Shown here: piece after piece, positions 9,836 to 18,986 of the stretch | Numbering within the stretch: the stretch's first letter is position 1 | Layout: each line of letters starts with the position of its first letter | From: Vicinamibacteria bacterium | GTDB lineage: Bacteria > Acidobacteriota > Vicinamibacteria > Marinacidobacterales > Marinacidobacteraceae | Assembly: GCA_963668695.2 (NCBI GenBank) | Contig: CAXXLQ010000004.1 | Coordinates: forward strand, 1,664,001 to 1,728,000 | Reading direction: 5' to 3' | DNA: 64,000 nucleotides | Made by a program: the position numbers and the translations under genes | Notes under the pieces: model-generated | What the model saw: only the letters and a program-made list of their open reading frames with translations | What the model was told of the DNA's origin: nothing | The model's database searches: none

Positions 9836-10987
9836 ATGCACACTTCGAAGTCCCGACGCGAGACGCTGCGCGTCCTTTCCGCACTCGCCGCCGCCGCGGC
9901 CCTCCCGAAGGGCGTCTTTGCCGGCTTCCCCGGCCTGCAGGACGAAGAGGTCATCCCCTTCACCGACATCGGCGAGGAGTTCGCGACGATGCGCGGTGAA
10001 CACCCGTTCCGCCTCGATCTGCGGGAGTTGCGCACCTTCATCACCCCGAATGACGACTTCTTCTCCGTCGCCCACTACAACCGGCCGGAGATCAACGCCG
10101 CCGGCTGGTCGCTGCGGCTTGACGGCCTCGTGGAACGCCCCGCTACCTACGCCCTCGATCAGTTGCGCGCCATGCCCCGCGTGGAGAAAACGGTCACCTT
10201 CGAGTGTTCCGGAAACCAGGCGATCCGGCACCACGGCATGGTCGGGAATGCGGTCTGGGCGGGAACGCCGCTGATGCCGCTCATCGAGGCCGCGGGACCG
10301 CACCAGACGGCGATCGAGACGGTCTTTTGGGCCGCCGACGAGGGGACCGAGACGATCCGCAACAACGAATATCCCCAGCACTTCGGCCGGGCCATGTCCC
10401 TCGCGGACACCAAGGCCTCCGGCGCGATCCTCGCGTACGAGATGAACGGCGAAGCACTGCCCGCCAAGAACGGCTTCCCGCTCCGGCTCATCGTGCCCGG
10501 TTGGTACGGCATCAGTCACGTGAAGTGGCTTACCCGCATCCAGCTCGCCGACCGGCGCCTGATGAACCGCTTCATGGGCCGCGACTACGTGACCATCATC
10601 GGCGAAGAGATGGACGGCGAAACCGTGTGGTTCGAACGCTCGGTGACGACCCAGCGCATCAAGTCGGTGGTTGCGCGGGTCGCGCGCACCGCGGGTGGCG
10701 GCACCCGGGTCTTCGGGGTGGCGTGGAACGACGGAACGCCGATCCGCGAGGTCAAGGTGCAGATTGACGGCGGGGACTGGATGCCGGCGACGCTCGAACG
10801 TTCGGGCAACCCCTACGCCTGGACCTTCTGGAACCTGGAGACCGGCGCGCTCGGCCCGGGCGAGCACAAGCTGGTCTCGAACGCGGTGGACGAACTGGGC
10901 CGCGAGCAGCCCGCCGACCTCAGCCTCAAGAAGACCTACTGGGAGGACAACGCTCAGTTCACCCGCTCGGTCATGGTGACCGGGTAG
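9836..10987 (+). CDS. Sulfite oxidase-family molybdopterin oxidoreductase (Tat-exported)
   Basis: SRRETL; ECSGN Mo-ligating Cys; LAYEMNG...GFPLRLIVPGWYG...VKWL; C-terminal Ig-like dimerisation domain. Confidence 0.92.
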   Translation: MHTSKSRRETLRVLSALAAAAALPKGVFAGFPGLQDEEVIPFTDIGEEFATMRGEHPFRLDLRELRTFITPNDDFFSVAHYNRPEINAAGWSLRLDGLVERPATYALDQLRAMPRVEKTVTFECSGNQAIRHHGMVGNAVWAGTPLMPLIEAAGPHQTAIETVFWAADEGTETIRNNEYPQHFGRAMSLADTKASGAILAYEMNGEALPAKNGFPLRLIVPGWYGISHVKWLTRIQLADRRLMNRFMGRDYVTIIGEEMDGETVWFERSVTTQRIKSVVARVARTAGGGTRVFGVAWNDGTPIREVKVQIDGGDWMPATLERSGNPYAWTFWNLETGALGPGEHKLVSNAVDELGREQPADLSLKKTYWEDNAQFTRSVMVTG

Positions 10988-10994
10988 GTCGGTC

Positions 10995-12167
10995 GTGCGG
11001 CGGCGGCGGTTCCTGACTTCGGCCGCGGGGGTCGCGGTGGCTTCGGGCTATCGGGGGGTGTCTGCGGCCCGGCGCCTGAACGGCCGGATCGGAGTGGTCG
11101 GCGGGGGCATCCTCGGGTCGTCCATCGCTCTCCATCTTGCCCGGCGGGGGGCCGAAGTCACGGTGTTCGAACGCGAGGGGCCCGCGGCGGGCGCCACCGG
11201 AAACTCCTTCGCGTGGATGAACGCCAGTTTCTCCAAACGCCCCCACTCGTACCACGAGTTGAACTGGCGCGGCATGCAGGGTTGGCGGCGGCTCGAGGCC
11301 GAACTCGGCGGCGCCCTCAAGGTGAGCTGGGGCGGCAGCCTGGAGTACCGCATCGAAGCTGATCGCGTACGGCTCCTTCACGAGCAGCTCGCCCGGAGCC
11401 AGCGCTGGGGGTATCCCATCCATCAGGTGGATGAAGCGCGGTTTCATGAACTCGAACCGGGGTTGACTCCCGAGGCGCCGGTCCTCGGAGCGATCTGGGC
11501 AAGCGCCGAAGGCTCCATCGAGCCGCGTTCGGCGACGCGCGCCCTGTGGGCCGCTGCCGAAGCCGCCGGGGTGAAATTCCTGATCGCCGAGGTTGCATCC
11601 CTGGACATCGGCTACGGAGTCCTGCGAGGTATCCGGACCTCTGCCGGCGATCACGAACTCGACACGCTGGTCCTCGCCGCCGGCGTTCAGGCGCCCGAGC
11701 TCGCGCGGCAGGCGGGGGTCGAGGTTCCGCTCATCGAGTCCCCCGGAATCCTCGCCCATTCGAAACCTGCGACGTCCATGGTCAACCGGATCGTGCTCGC
11801 CCCGAACATCCACGCGAAGCAGACTGCTGACGGGAAGGTGGTGGCCGGCGTCGGCTTCGCGGGCGCGGGCTCCACGGACCACTCCCGGGCGGTGGGACAG
11901 GGGATCTTCGAGGAGGCCGCCAAAGTTCTCCCGGCGGCGAGCGGGTTGGAGGTCGACGAGGTCAGCCTCGGTTACCGGGTGCTTCCCAAGGATGGGCACC
12001 CGATCGTTGGTTTCGATCCCGCGGCTCCGGGGATCTATTTCGCCTCGATGCACAGCGGCGTGACGATGGCCCCCGTCATGGGGACGTTCGCCGCCATGGA
12101 AATCCTCGACGACGTCGAGGTCGCCCTGCTCTCAGAGTATCGTCTCGCGCGCTTCGGGACGTCCTGA
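10995..12167 (+). CDS. FAD-dependent oxidoreductase, DAO/DadA family
   Basis: RRRFL Tat-like motif; VVGGGILG; ATGNSFAW; DGHPIVG; HSGVT. Confidence 0.9.
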   Translation: MRRRRFLTSAAGVAVASGYRGVSAARRLNGRIGVVGGGILGSSIALHLARRGAEVTVFEREGPAAGATGNSFAWMNASFSKRPHSYHELNWRGMQGWRRLEAELGGALKVSWGGSLEYRIEADRVRLLHEQLARSQRWGYPIHQVDEARFHELEPGLTPEAPVLGAIWASAEGSIEPRSATRALWAAAEAAGVKFLIAEVASLDIGYGVLRGIRTSAGDHELDTLVLAAGVQAPELARQAGVEVPLIESPGILAHSKPATSMVNRIVLAPNIHAKQTADGKVVAGVGFAGAGSTDHSRAVGQGIFEEAAKVLPAASGLEVDEVSLGYRVLPKDGHPIVGFDPAAPGIYFASMHSGVTMAPVMGTFAAMEILDDVEVALLSEYRLARFGTS

Positions 12168-12228
12168 CGTCCTAGCCAGCTCGCCACCGGGAGAGGCCGC
12201 GGACACAGACAACCCTCCGACGCGGGAG

Positions 12229-12366
12229 GTGGAAATCAAAGGCGGCTATTGAGGGCGCCTATTGAGCCGTCCCCCTTCGGGCCGCCGCTTGGGGATGGGT
12301 GGGTCTTCGCGCGACAGCCCCCGGCTACGCCGGACGCCGGAGGTAAGGAGGTGAACTTTCCAGCGC
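12229..12366 (-). ncRNA. Candidate ~140-nt structured small RNA (unassigned family)
   Basis: Lies between convergent genes; extended -10 upstream; 5' UGGAAA pairs with 3' UUUCCA; internal hairpins; contains UCACCUCCUUA. Confidence 0.45.
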
Positions 12367-12372
12367 AATGAA

Positions 12373-12381
12373 AATATACCA
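12373..12381 (-). promoter_or_regulatory. Extended -10 promoter element (TG-G-TATATT) for the candidate sRNA
   Basis: AT-rich island in GC-rich DNA; TGnTATATT with a G 7 nt downstream (12366). Confidence 0.45.
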
Positions 12382-12407
12382 CAGCAGAGCCCCCGTAAAT
12401 CACTGAA

Positions 12408-13364
12408 TTACCGGGTGTCATAGGCCCGGAAAATGGTTTCCAGATCGCGTCGCGCGGTTTCGAAGTTGGAACGCGGAGGGAGATCGGGATCCCGCACCGA
12501 CCGGAGGAAATCTTTGGCCATTGCCGCGAAACCCATGAGGTCCTCAAAGGGGCCCAAACGAAACCGAATTCCCCAACCGGCGCGTAGCGCCAGGTACAGC
12601 CCGTTGCTCTCGAAGACGATGCGGCCGCGCTCGCCTTCCACGAAGGAGTGCTGGAGGATCCCTCCCGGGAGCGAGGGGGTGTTCCACGAGTAGCGGATCT
12701 CACCGCGGACTCCGGACGGGTAGTCGAGTTCGAGGAAGGAGTGCCGCTCCGGTTCCTCGCCGCCCGGGAGGGTAGCCCGCACCGCTGTCGGTTCCTCCCG
12801 GACCAGCGCGCCCATGAGCGCGACGAAGTGGACGCCGCCCTCGAGGAGGGCGCCATGCTGGACCCGCCAGTCCGAGGGCTGCTGCCGCGTGAGCTTCGAC
12901 ACCCGGACGCGGCGCAGGGGCCCGATTTCCGGGAGCCAGGCCCGGAGCCGGCGGAGGGACGGCTTGTAGAGGTAGTTCTCGGCGACCATCAGCGATCCGG
13001 CCGGGCGCCCGGCCAGCGCGCGGCCGATCGCCTCGACCTCGGCGCGTGATTGGGCCATCGGTTTTTCGACGAGGACGGACTTGCCGGCCGCGAGAGCGGC
13101 GACGGTCTGGGATGCGTGGTACCCGAGCGGGGAACAGATCGCTACCGCCGCGACATCGGGGCGCTCGAGGGCCTGCTCGAAACTGGGGAGGGTCTCACCC
13201 CGAAAGCGTGCGGCGAGCGCCTCCGCGGACTGCGGACTCCGGCTCGTGAACAGGAGGCGGGCGTGCGGCGCGAGATTGGCTGCGTGCACCCGGGCGATCC
13301 GGCCGCACCCGACGATGGCGATCGTCGGCGCCTCCGGAGCTCCGGCGGCGGGTCCGCTCTTCAA
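12408..13364 (-). CDS. Gfo/Idh/MocA family oxidoreductase
   Basis: IVGCGRIA Rossmann motif, VLVEKP, GALLEGGVHF. Confidence 0.92.
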   Translation of the reverse strand: MKSGPAAGAPEAPTIAIVGCGRIARVHAANLAPHARLLFTSRSPQSAEALAARFRGETLPSFEQALERPDVAAVAICSPLGYHASQTVAALAAGKSVLVEKPMAQSRAEVEAIGRALAGRPAGSLMVAENYLYKPSLRRLRAWLPEIGPLRRVRVSKLTRQQPSDWRVQHGALLEGGVHFVALMGALVREEPTAVRATLPGGEEPERHSFLELDYPSGVRGEIRYSWNTPSLPGGILQHSFVEGERGRIVFESNGLYLALRAGWGIRFRLGPFEDLMGFAAMAKDFLRSVRDPDLPPRSNFETARRDLETIFRAYDTR

Positions 13365-14890
13365 GACAGCCTCCCGTTCACGATCCCCTCAGCGATCCGG
13401 AGGGCTCCCGCGGCAATTGTGAGACTCGGATTCACCCCGCCGGACGCGGGGAAGGCGCTTCCGTCGGTAACGAACAGATTGTCGAGTCCCCGCACCCGGC
13501 CCGTCGGCTCGAGGGCCGCCTCGTCGGCCTGCTCCCCCATCCGGAGCGTCCCCACCGCGTGGGAGAACGAAGAAATCGGCCAGACGTGGGTGGCGAGCGC
13601 TCCCGCGGTGCGGAGAATCTTCCGTGCTCTTCGCACGAGGAGCGCCAGCCGGTCCTCGTCGGCCCTCCGGTAGCGGTGCTCGACCCGGATGCGCTCCATA
13701 CCCAGGGCGTCCATCTCCCCCGAGAGGAAAACCCGGTTGCCCGGTTCCGCCGCGTCCTCGGCTACGCAGAGCAGGTTCTGGAGTCGGCGCACCAGTGGCT
13801 TCGCGAGGAAGGCGCCCGCGAATTTCCCGGCGGCGCGCCGGACGACGCCGGCGTCCGGGGTGTAGATGTCCTGGATGATTCCCACGGCTAGACCGTCGCG
13901 AGCCCGCTGTTCCTCGTAAGAGTCGATGAAGCAGACCTGCTTGTGGAAGACCTGCTCCGGGTTGGTCTCGAAAGGGAAGAGTCCGGCGACCACCGCGTTG
14001 CAGTGACGCATGAGGAATCGTCCTATCGGGGGTGCGCCCTCGTCCTTCCCGTTCTTCCCGGCAAGACCCGAGCGCAGCAGGATCGCCGGGCTTCCGAGTG
14101 CGCCGGCCGCGAGCACGAAGAGGGGTGCCTCGAAGGACACCGCCTCGCCGGATTCCTGATCCACGCCGTGGGCACGGGCCACCCGGTCTCCGCGAATCTG
14201 GAGGGCTCGCACCGCGATCCCCGCCCTGACCGTCAGCCCCTTCCGTTCGGCGCGGCGCAGGAGGCCGGTGGCGTCGTTCTTGGCTTCGATGGCGCATGGG
14301 AAGCCGTCGCAGGTGTTGCAACGCACGCAGCGCGGTCCGTCCTGTCCGGAGAAGTTGAGGGCGAGCGGGATCGGGAACGGCCGGAAGCCGAGTGCTTCCC
14401 CCGCCTTCCGGATGCGCTCCGCCGGCGCCGAATACGGGATCGGCGGGAAGGGATAGGCGGCAGATCGGGGAGGTTCCAGGGGGTCGGCGCCGGCGGCGCC
14501 GTGGACCCCGAGCAGCCGTTCCGCCTCGCTGTAGAAAGGCTCGAGATCCTGGTAGTCGAAGGGCCAGCGAGCGAAGTCCGCAGGCCGGAGCCTGAGAGAC
14601 GCGCCTCCGTAGAACACCGACATCCCGCCCACGGTCTCGTTCATCGGGAGCGGGCGGAACCGGCGGTCGTCCCGCTGCCGCACCGAGAGCGGTGTCTTCC
14701 CCCGGTACCGGAGGTCGTTCAGGATCGCCTGGGGGTTCCAGTCGCCCTCGTCCCGGTGCGGCCAGCGTCCCCGTTCGAGGACCACCACCCGGGCTCCCGC
14801 TTCGACGAGCCGATGGGCGGCGAGCGCTCCGCCGAGCCCGGAGCCGATAACGACTGCGTCCGCGCCGGATCCGTTCTGGGAGCGGGACAC
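13361..14890 (-). CDS. GMC family oxidoreductase
   Basis: IGSGLGG; CxxCxxCDGFPC; HAVGTLRMG; DGSAFP...VNPSLTI. Confidence 0.92.
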   Translation of the reverse strand: MSRSQNGSGADAVVIGSGLGGALAAHRLVEAGARVVVLERGRWPHRDEGDWNPQAILNDLRYRGKTPLSVRQRDDRRFRPLPMNETVGGMSVFYGGASLRLRPADFARWPFDYQDLEPFYSEAERLLGVHGAAGADPLEPPRSAAYPFPPIPYSAPAERIRKAGEALGFRPFPIPLALNFSGQDGPRCVRCNTCDGFPCAIEAKNDATGLLRRAERKGLTVRAGIAVRALQIRGDRVARAHGVDQESGEAVSFEAPLFVLAAGALGSPAILLRSGLAGKNGKDEGAPPIGRFLMRHCNAVVAGLFPFETNPEQVFHKQVCFIDSYEEQRARDGLAVGIIQDIYTPDAGVVRRAAGKFAGAFLAKPLVRRLQNLLCVAEDAAEPGNRVFLSGEMDALGMERIRVEHRYRRADEDRLALLVRRARKILRTAGALATHVWPISSFSHAVGTLRMGEQADEAALEPTGRVRGLDNLFVTDGSAFPASGGVNPSLTIAAGALRIAEGIVNGRLS

Positions 14891-14909
14891 GGCCCCGGTG
14901 GATCGTGCG

Positions 14910-15713
14910 CTAGCCGGCTCCGCCGGCTTCGAGGTAGGCGACCACCGCGACCGCCACGATCAGCACCCAGGCGCCGTAGTGGAACCCCTCGCGCCGGAAG
15001 GACTCGAGCCGCGGCAGATCGGGGCGGAATTTCCCCGACATGTTCCGCTGGATGTAGGTCTTGTAGTACTCCACCAGGAACCGCTCGAGCCCGCCGTTCA
15101 TATACACGAGGATTCCGAGAGCGACGGGATCTCCGGGGGTGCGGAGCCAGTAGAAGATCGGTGAGGCGATCGCGAGCGTAAGCCCGGAGCGGAAGAACTT
15201 CAGGGTGTGGAACCCCTCGAAGGGGGCGTCCTTCCAGGCGCCGCCTCCGGAGACGAGGAGACCGGTGAGGTACGCGACGGCGAGATAGGCCCAAAAGCCG
15301 GTCACCGGAGTCCCGATGAAGAGCACTGCGATCACTCCGGCAACGAGAACCACCCCGGCGGCGATCCGGAGCGCGCGGCTCCTTACCGGGCGTCCCAGAA
15401 TCGTCAGCGCCGAAGGTACGAAGTACTTCTCCTGCGGTTCTTCGCGGAAGCAGCCCTTGTGGAGTTCGGTGAGGAACCGTTCAAGTCCCATCACCAGAAA
15501 GAAGAGCTGCACCAGCCCGAGGGCGGCGACGCGTTCCGAGAGCGCGGGGACGGTGAGCAGGAACGCGAAGATCGCGACCGAGAACAGGATGCTCCGCGGG
15601 AAGGTGCGCGGCTTGAAGCCTTCCCAGGGTGAATCCTTGAACCCGCCCCAGAGCGAGGTGTAGAGCCCGGAGAGCGCGGAAACCAGCAGCCCGCCGAAGA
15701 CCCCGGCGCTCAT
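14910..15713 (-). CDS. Integral membrane protein with two-fold internal repeat
   Basis: Multiple TM segments; repeated G-G-x(1,2)-KD-x-P-x-EGF and GLERFL motifs. Confidence 0.8.
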   Translation of the reverse strand: MSAGVFGGLLVSALSGLYTSLWGGFKDSPWEGFKPRTFPRSILFSVAIFAFLLTVPALSERVAALGLVQLFFLVMGLERFLTELHKGCFREEPQEKYFVPSALTILGRPVRSRALRIAAGVVLVAGVIAVLFIGTPVTGFWAYLAVAYLTGLLVSGGGAWKDAPFEGFHTLKFFRSGLTLAIASPIFYWLRTPGDPVALGILVYMNGGLERFLVEYYKTYIQRNMSGKFRPDLPRLESFRREGFHYGAWVLIVAVAVVAYLEAGGAG

Positions 15714-15740
15714 CGCGTACTACCGGCCACTACCGGCCGG

Positions 15741-17996
15741 TCAGCGGAGAATGTCGAACTGGCGGGTGTATTTGACCGTCAGGCTGCGATTCTGGGGACC
15801 GATCAGAACGTTGCCGAGCCCCTCGGTGTCGTTATAGACGATGAACAGGCCGGTGCCGGCGGTGTTCAACCAGTTGAGGCGAACGTTCGACGACCAGACA
15901 TCCGAATCGTCGTTGTACTGGACGAGCGCCTGGAGGTAGATCAGGGGGGTGAAGTTGAGGGCCATCCGGACCTGGGTGAGGTTCGCTATGAAGCTGCCTT
16001 CGGCGAGCTCGATGTCGTTGTGGAGCCAGGCCACCGAAGTGATCAGCCGCGTGCCCCAGCGGTAGTTGATCGTGGTGTCCACCGACCGCTGGTTCCCTGA
16101 AAGGAAACCGCCGTAGTCGAGGGCCCCGGAATAGGAGAACGGCGCGGCGCGGTTCGTGTTCCAGCGCCAGCCGAGCTGCCAGTGCTCGTAGGCGCCGGGA
16201 GGGACCACGATGCCCTCCCGAATCTCGAAGGGCTCCTGGAGCCCTTCCGCAACGCGGTTCATCGCCGGGCTGAGGTGAGCGCCGTTCTCGAAATCAATAT
16301 GGCTGTCGACGTGCAGCCGGCTCGTCTCCAGGAATCCGTCGAGGGTGCGGAAACCGGTGTAGGTGACGTGCGGCCGCAGTTCCCGGAGAGGGATGGGAAA
16401 CCTCTTGAGGAAAGCCGGGCGGTAGTAGCCGAAGTAGCCGTAGTCGTAGTTGCGGTAGGCATTCCGGCGCAGGAAGCCGACCTCGGGGTTGAAGTTGGCG
16501 GCCACCTCGGTCATCCCGAACCAGAGGCGGAGATCCCGGCGGAAGTACTCGCCCCGGCCCATGTAGGCGTACTCCCCGCCGTCCAGAAGCTCGTAGCCCG
16601 GTGTCTCAGTGCGGGCCGCGAACCCGGTGAAAGTGAGCGTTTCTCCGATGCCGAGCCGGCCTTCCACGCCCCAGGTCCGGTTCCAGTCGTCGTCGAGAGC
16701 GGAACTCCCGGTTCCCATTCGGTTCACGAACATGGTGCCGAGGGAGGAGCGTTGGCCGAACTCGCGGCTCAGGCTCATCACCGTGTAGTTGTTGGCGGGG
16801 ATCACCCCGGCGACTTGCTGGGTCTGCATGTTCAAGAAGCCCAGGTTGTAGTCCCCGGCCTTCCCCGAGAGCCGAGCGCCGCCGAGAATCGGTACCGGGA
16901 CCCCGCCGGGTCCGATCCCGATCCGGCGGCTGAAGAAGAGATCCACCGAACTCCCCTGGCCCATGGAGAAATTGCCGGCGTTTTCGAGGAAGAACGGCCG
17001 CTTCTCGGGGAAGAAGAGGTTGAAGCGAGTCAGGTTGATCTGCTGATCGTCCACCTCCACCTGGGCGAAGTCGGTGTTGTAGGTGAGGTCCACGTTCAGG
17101 CTCGGGGTCAGGCCTACCTTGGCGTCCACTCCGAAGTCAGTGTTCGTGTTTGTCTCGACTTCGACCGCATAGTCGCGGCCGGCGGCGCCCAGCGCATAGG
17201 GGGTGATCTTGAAATTCCGGGGGCTTCTCAGTTCGAGCCCGTGGAGTTCGCCCGCGGAGGAAAGCCGGTAGAGGTCGTAGATGCGGGATACCGGGGACCA
17301 GTAGTCGTCCTCGCGTTTCCTGCGGATGTTGCGGTGGAAGTTGATCCCCCAGGTCTGGGGGCTCCCGGCGTAGCGGAGGGTGCGCAGCGGAATTGCAAAC
17401 TCGGCGGACCAGCCCTCGTCGGTCATCGCAGTCGCCACCCTCCAGCTCGCGTCCCAGTTCACGTTGAAACCGCCCCCGGAGCCGGTGCCGGCGCGCCGCA
17501 TCCCTGGACCGCCGCCGCCACCGCCACTGCCGCCGCCGGCGTTGCTCAACTGGCCGTCGTACTCGAGCCCGGCCGGGGTGGTCCCGAAGACGAAGCCGTT
17601 CTGGAGGTCGTGATAGGTGTCGAAGACGACCCGGAACGAATCCGAGTCGGTCAGGCCGGAATCGCGCCGGGCGTCGCTGGCGATGATCCCGTCCGGGTCG
17701 CTGTCGTAGAGCATGGCCCCGATGTAGACCGCATCGTCGTCGAAAAGGATCCTGACTTCGGTCCGTTCGGTGGCGGGCTGCCCCTCGAAGGGATCCGCCT
17801 GGACGAAGTCCGTCAGCGCTTCCGCGGCCGCCCAGACGTCCTCGTCCAGGCGGCCGTCGATGGCCGGTGCCTCGAGCGTTGGCGAGGCCCGTCCGATGCG
17901 GACTCCGCTGGCGGATTCATCTTCGGCCCCCGTGCCGGACCCGGCCGCGAGGAGCAGGGCGCCGAGGGCGAACAAGGGTAGAACCGGATACCGCAT
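15741..17996 (-). CDS. DUF5916 / CBM9-like domain outer-membrane protein
   Basis: Signal peptide; IDGRLDE; NTDFAQVEVD...NLTRFNLFFPEKRPFFLE; LFFSRRIG. Confidence 0.9.
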   Translation of the reverse strand: MRYPVLPLFALGALLLAAGSGTGAEDESASGVRIGRASPTLEAPAIDGRLDEDVWAAAEALTDFVQADPFEGQPATERTEVRILFDDDAVYIGAMLYDSDPDGIIASDARRDSGLTDSDSFRVVFDTYHDLQNGFVFGTTPAGLEYDGQLSNAGGGSGGGGGGPGMRRAGTGSGGGFNVNWDASWRVATAMTDEGWSAEFAIPLRTLRYAGSPQTWGINFHRNIRRKREDDYWSPVSRIYDLYRLSSAGELHGLELRSPRNFKITPYALGAAGRDYAVEVETNTNTDFGVDAKVGLTPSLNVDLTYNTDFAQVEVDDQQINLTRFNLFFPEKRPFFLENAGNFSMGQGSSVDLFFSRRIGIGPGGVPVPILGGARLSGKAGDYNLGFLNMQTQQVAGVIPANNYTVMSLSREFGQRSSLGTMFVNRMGTGSSALDDDWNRTWGVEGRLGIGETLTFTGFAARTETPGYELLDGGEYAYMGRGEYFRRDLRLWFGMTEVAANFNPEVGFLRRNAYRNYDYGYFGYYRPAFLKRFPIPLRELRPHVTYTGFRTLDGFLETSRLHVDSHIDFENGAHLSPAMNRVAEGLQEPFEIREGIVVPPGAYEHWQLGWRWNTNRAAPFSYSGALDYGGFLSGNQRSVDTTINYRWGTRLITSVAWLHNDIELAEGSFIANLTQVRMALNFTPLIYLQALVQYNDDSDVWSSNVRLNWLNTAGTGLFIVYNDTEGLGNVLIGPQNRSLTVKYTRQFDILR

Positions 17997-18036
17997 AAGC
18001 GCGCAAATTTACTTCGCTGGAGCGCCCGGCGCACCT

Positions 18037-18822
18037 TTAACAGCCGGTGGTGAAACCCACGTGAGCGCCGAGGCCGGTGAGGCGCCCGGCTGACAAGGCG
18101 CGTGAGGGAGGAATACCGGGTGTATTTCGACCGAAACGCAACGCAGAACGCAGCGAAGCGGAGTGGTGAACAGCTTGTGGTGGAACCCCCGTGAGCGCCG
18201 AGGCCGGCGAGGCCCAGTTCTCCCGGTGGGGCCAGTCCTCCCGGTGGGGGCCCGGTTGACAAGGCGCGTGAGGGAGGAGCCCCCACCGGGAGAACTGGCC
18301 CGGGTGTATTCCGACCGAAACGCAACGATGAGCGGCGCGAAGCGACGCGGTGAACAGCCGGTGGTGGAACCCCCGTGAGCGCCGAGGCCAGTGAGGCCCA
18401 GTTCTCCCGGTGGGGCCAGTCCTCCCGGTGGGGGCCCGGCTGACAAGGCGGGTGAGGGAGGAGCCCCCACCGGGAGAACTGGCCCGGGTGTATTCCGACC
18501 GAAACGCAACGATGAGCGGCGCGAAGCGACGCGGTTCAGCCGGGATGGATCGCCGGCCGAGCCCCCACCGGGAGAACTGGGCCGCGTGGGTTTCATCACC
18601 GGTTGTTTGGCCGGGATGGATCGCCGGCCGAGCCCCCACCGGGAGAACTGGGCCGCGTGGGTTTCATCACCGGTTGTTTGGCCGGGATGGATCGCCGGCC
18701 GAGCCCCCACCGGGAGAACTGGGCCGCGTGGGTTTCATCACCGGTTGTTGGGCCGGGATGGATCGCCGGTCGAGCCCCCACCGGGAGAACTGGGCCGCGT
18801 GGGTTTTGCCACAGGCTGTTCA
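18037..18822 (+). mobile_element. Nested composite MITE: three left-end modules followed by four 71-bp right-end modules
   Basis: TTAA-CAGCCGGTGGTGAAACCC at the left; left ends at 18041, 18171 and 18355; 71-nt period at 18539, 18610, 18681 and 18752; ends GGGTTTTGCCACAGGCTGTTCA. Confidence 0.8.
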
Positions 18823-18986
18823 GGAATGTGGGGCGTTTCCACCCGTGAGAACGCCGCGAAGCGACCAGCAAAAGGCGATGGAAATCGCGCCGGAGCGGCG
18901 CCCCGCAGCCGAAAATGGCGGGTGCTCCATGGCATAGTTCGCGCGCCGCCGGCTCTGGCCCGGAGGGAGAGGAGATTCTTCAGGAT

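Noticed and set aside
12345-12355. 16S rRNA fragment
   Set aside because: Only the 11-nt anti-SD matches; the flanks do not resemble 16S helix 45
18539-18822. 71-bp periodic array as a CRISPR
   Set aside because: Whole units are near-identical with no unique spacers, each unit equals the MITE right end, and no cas genes are present
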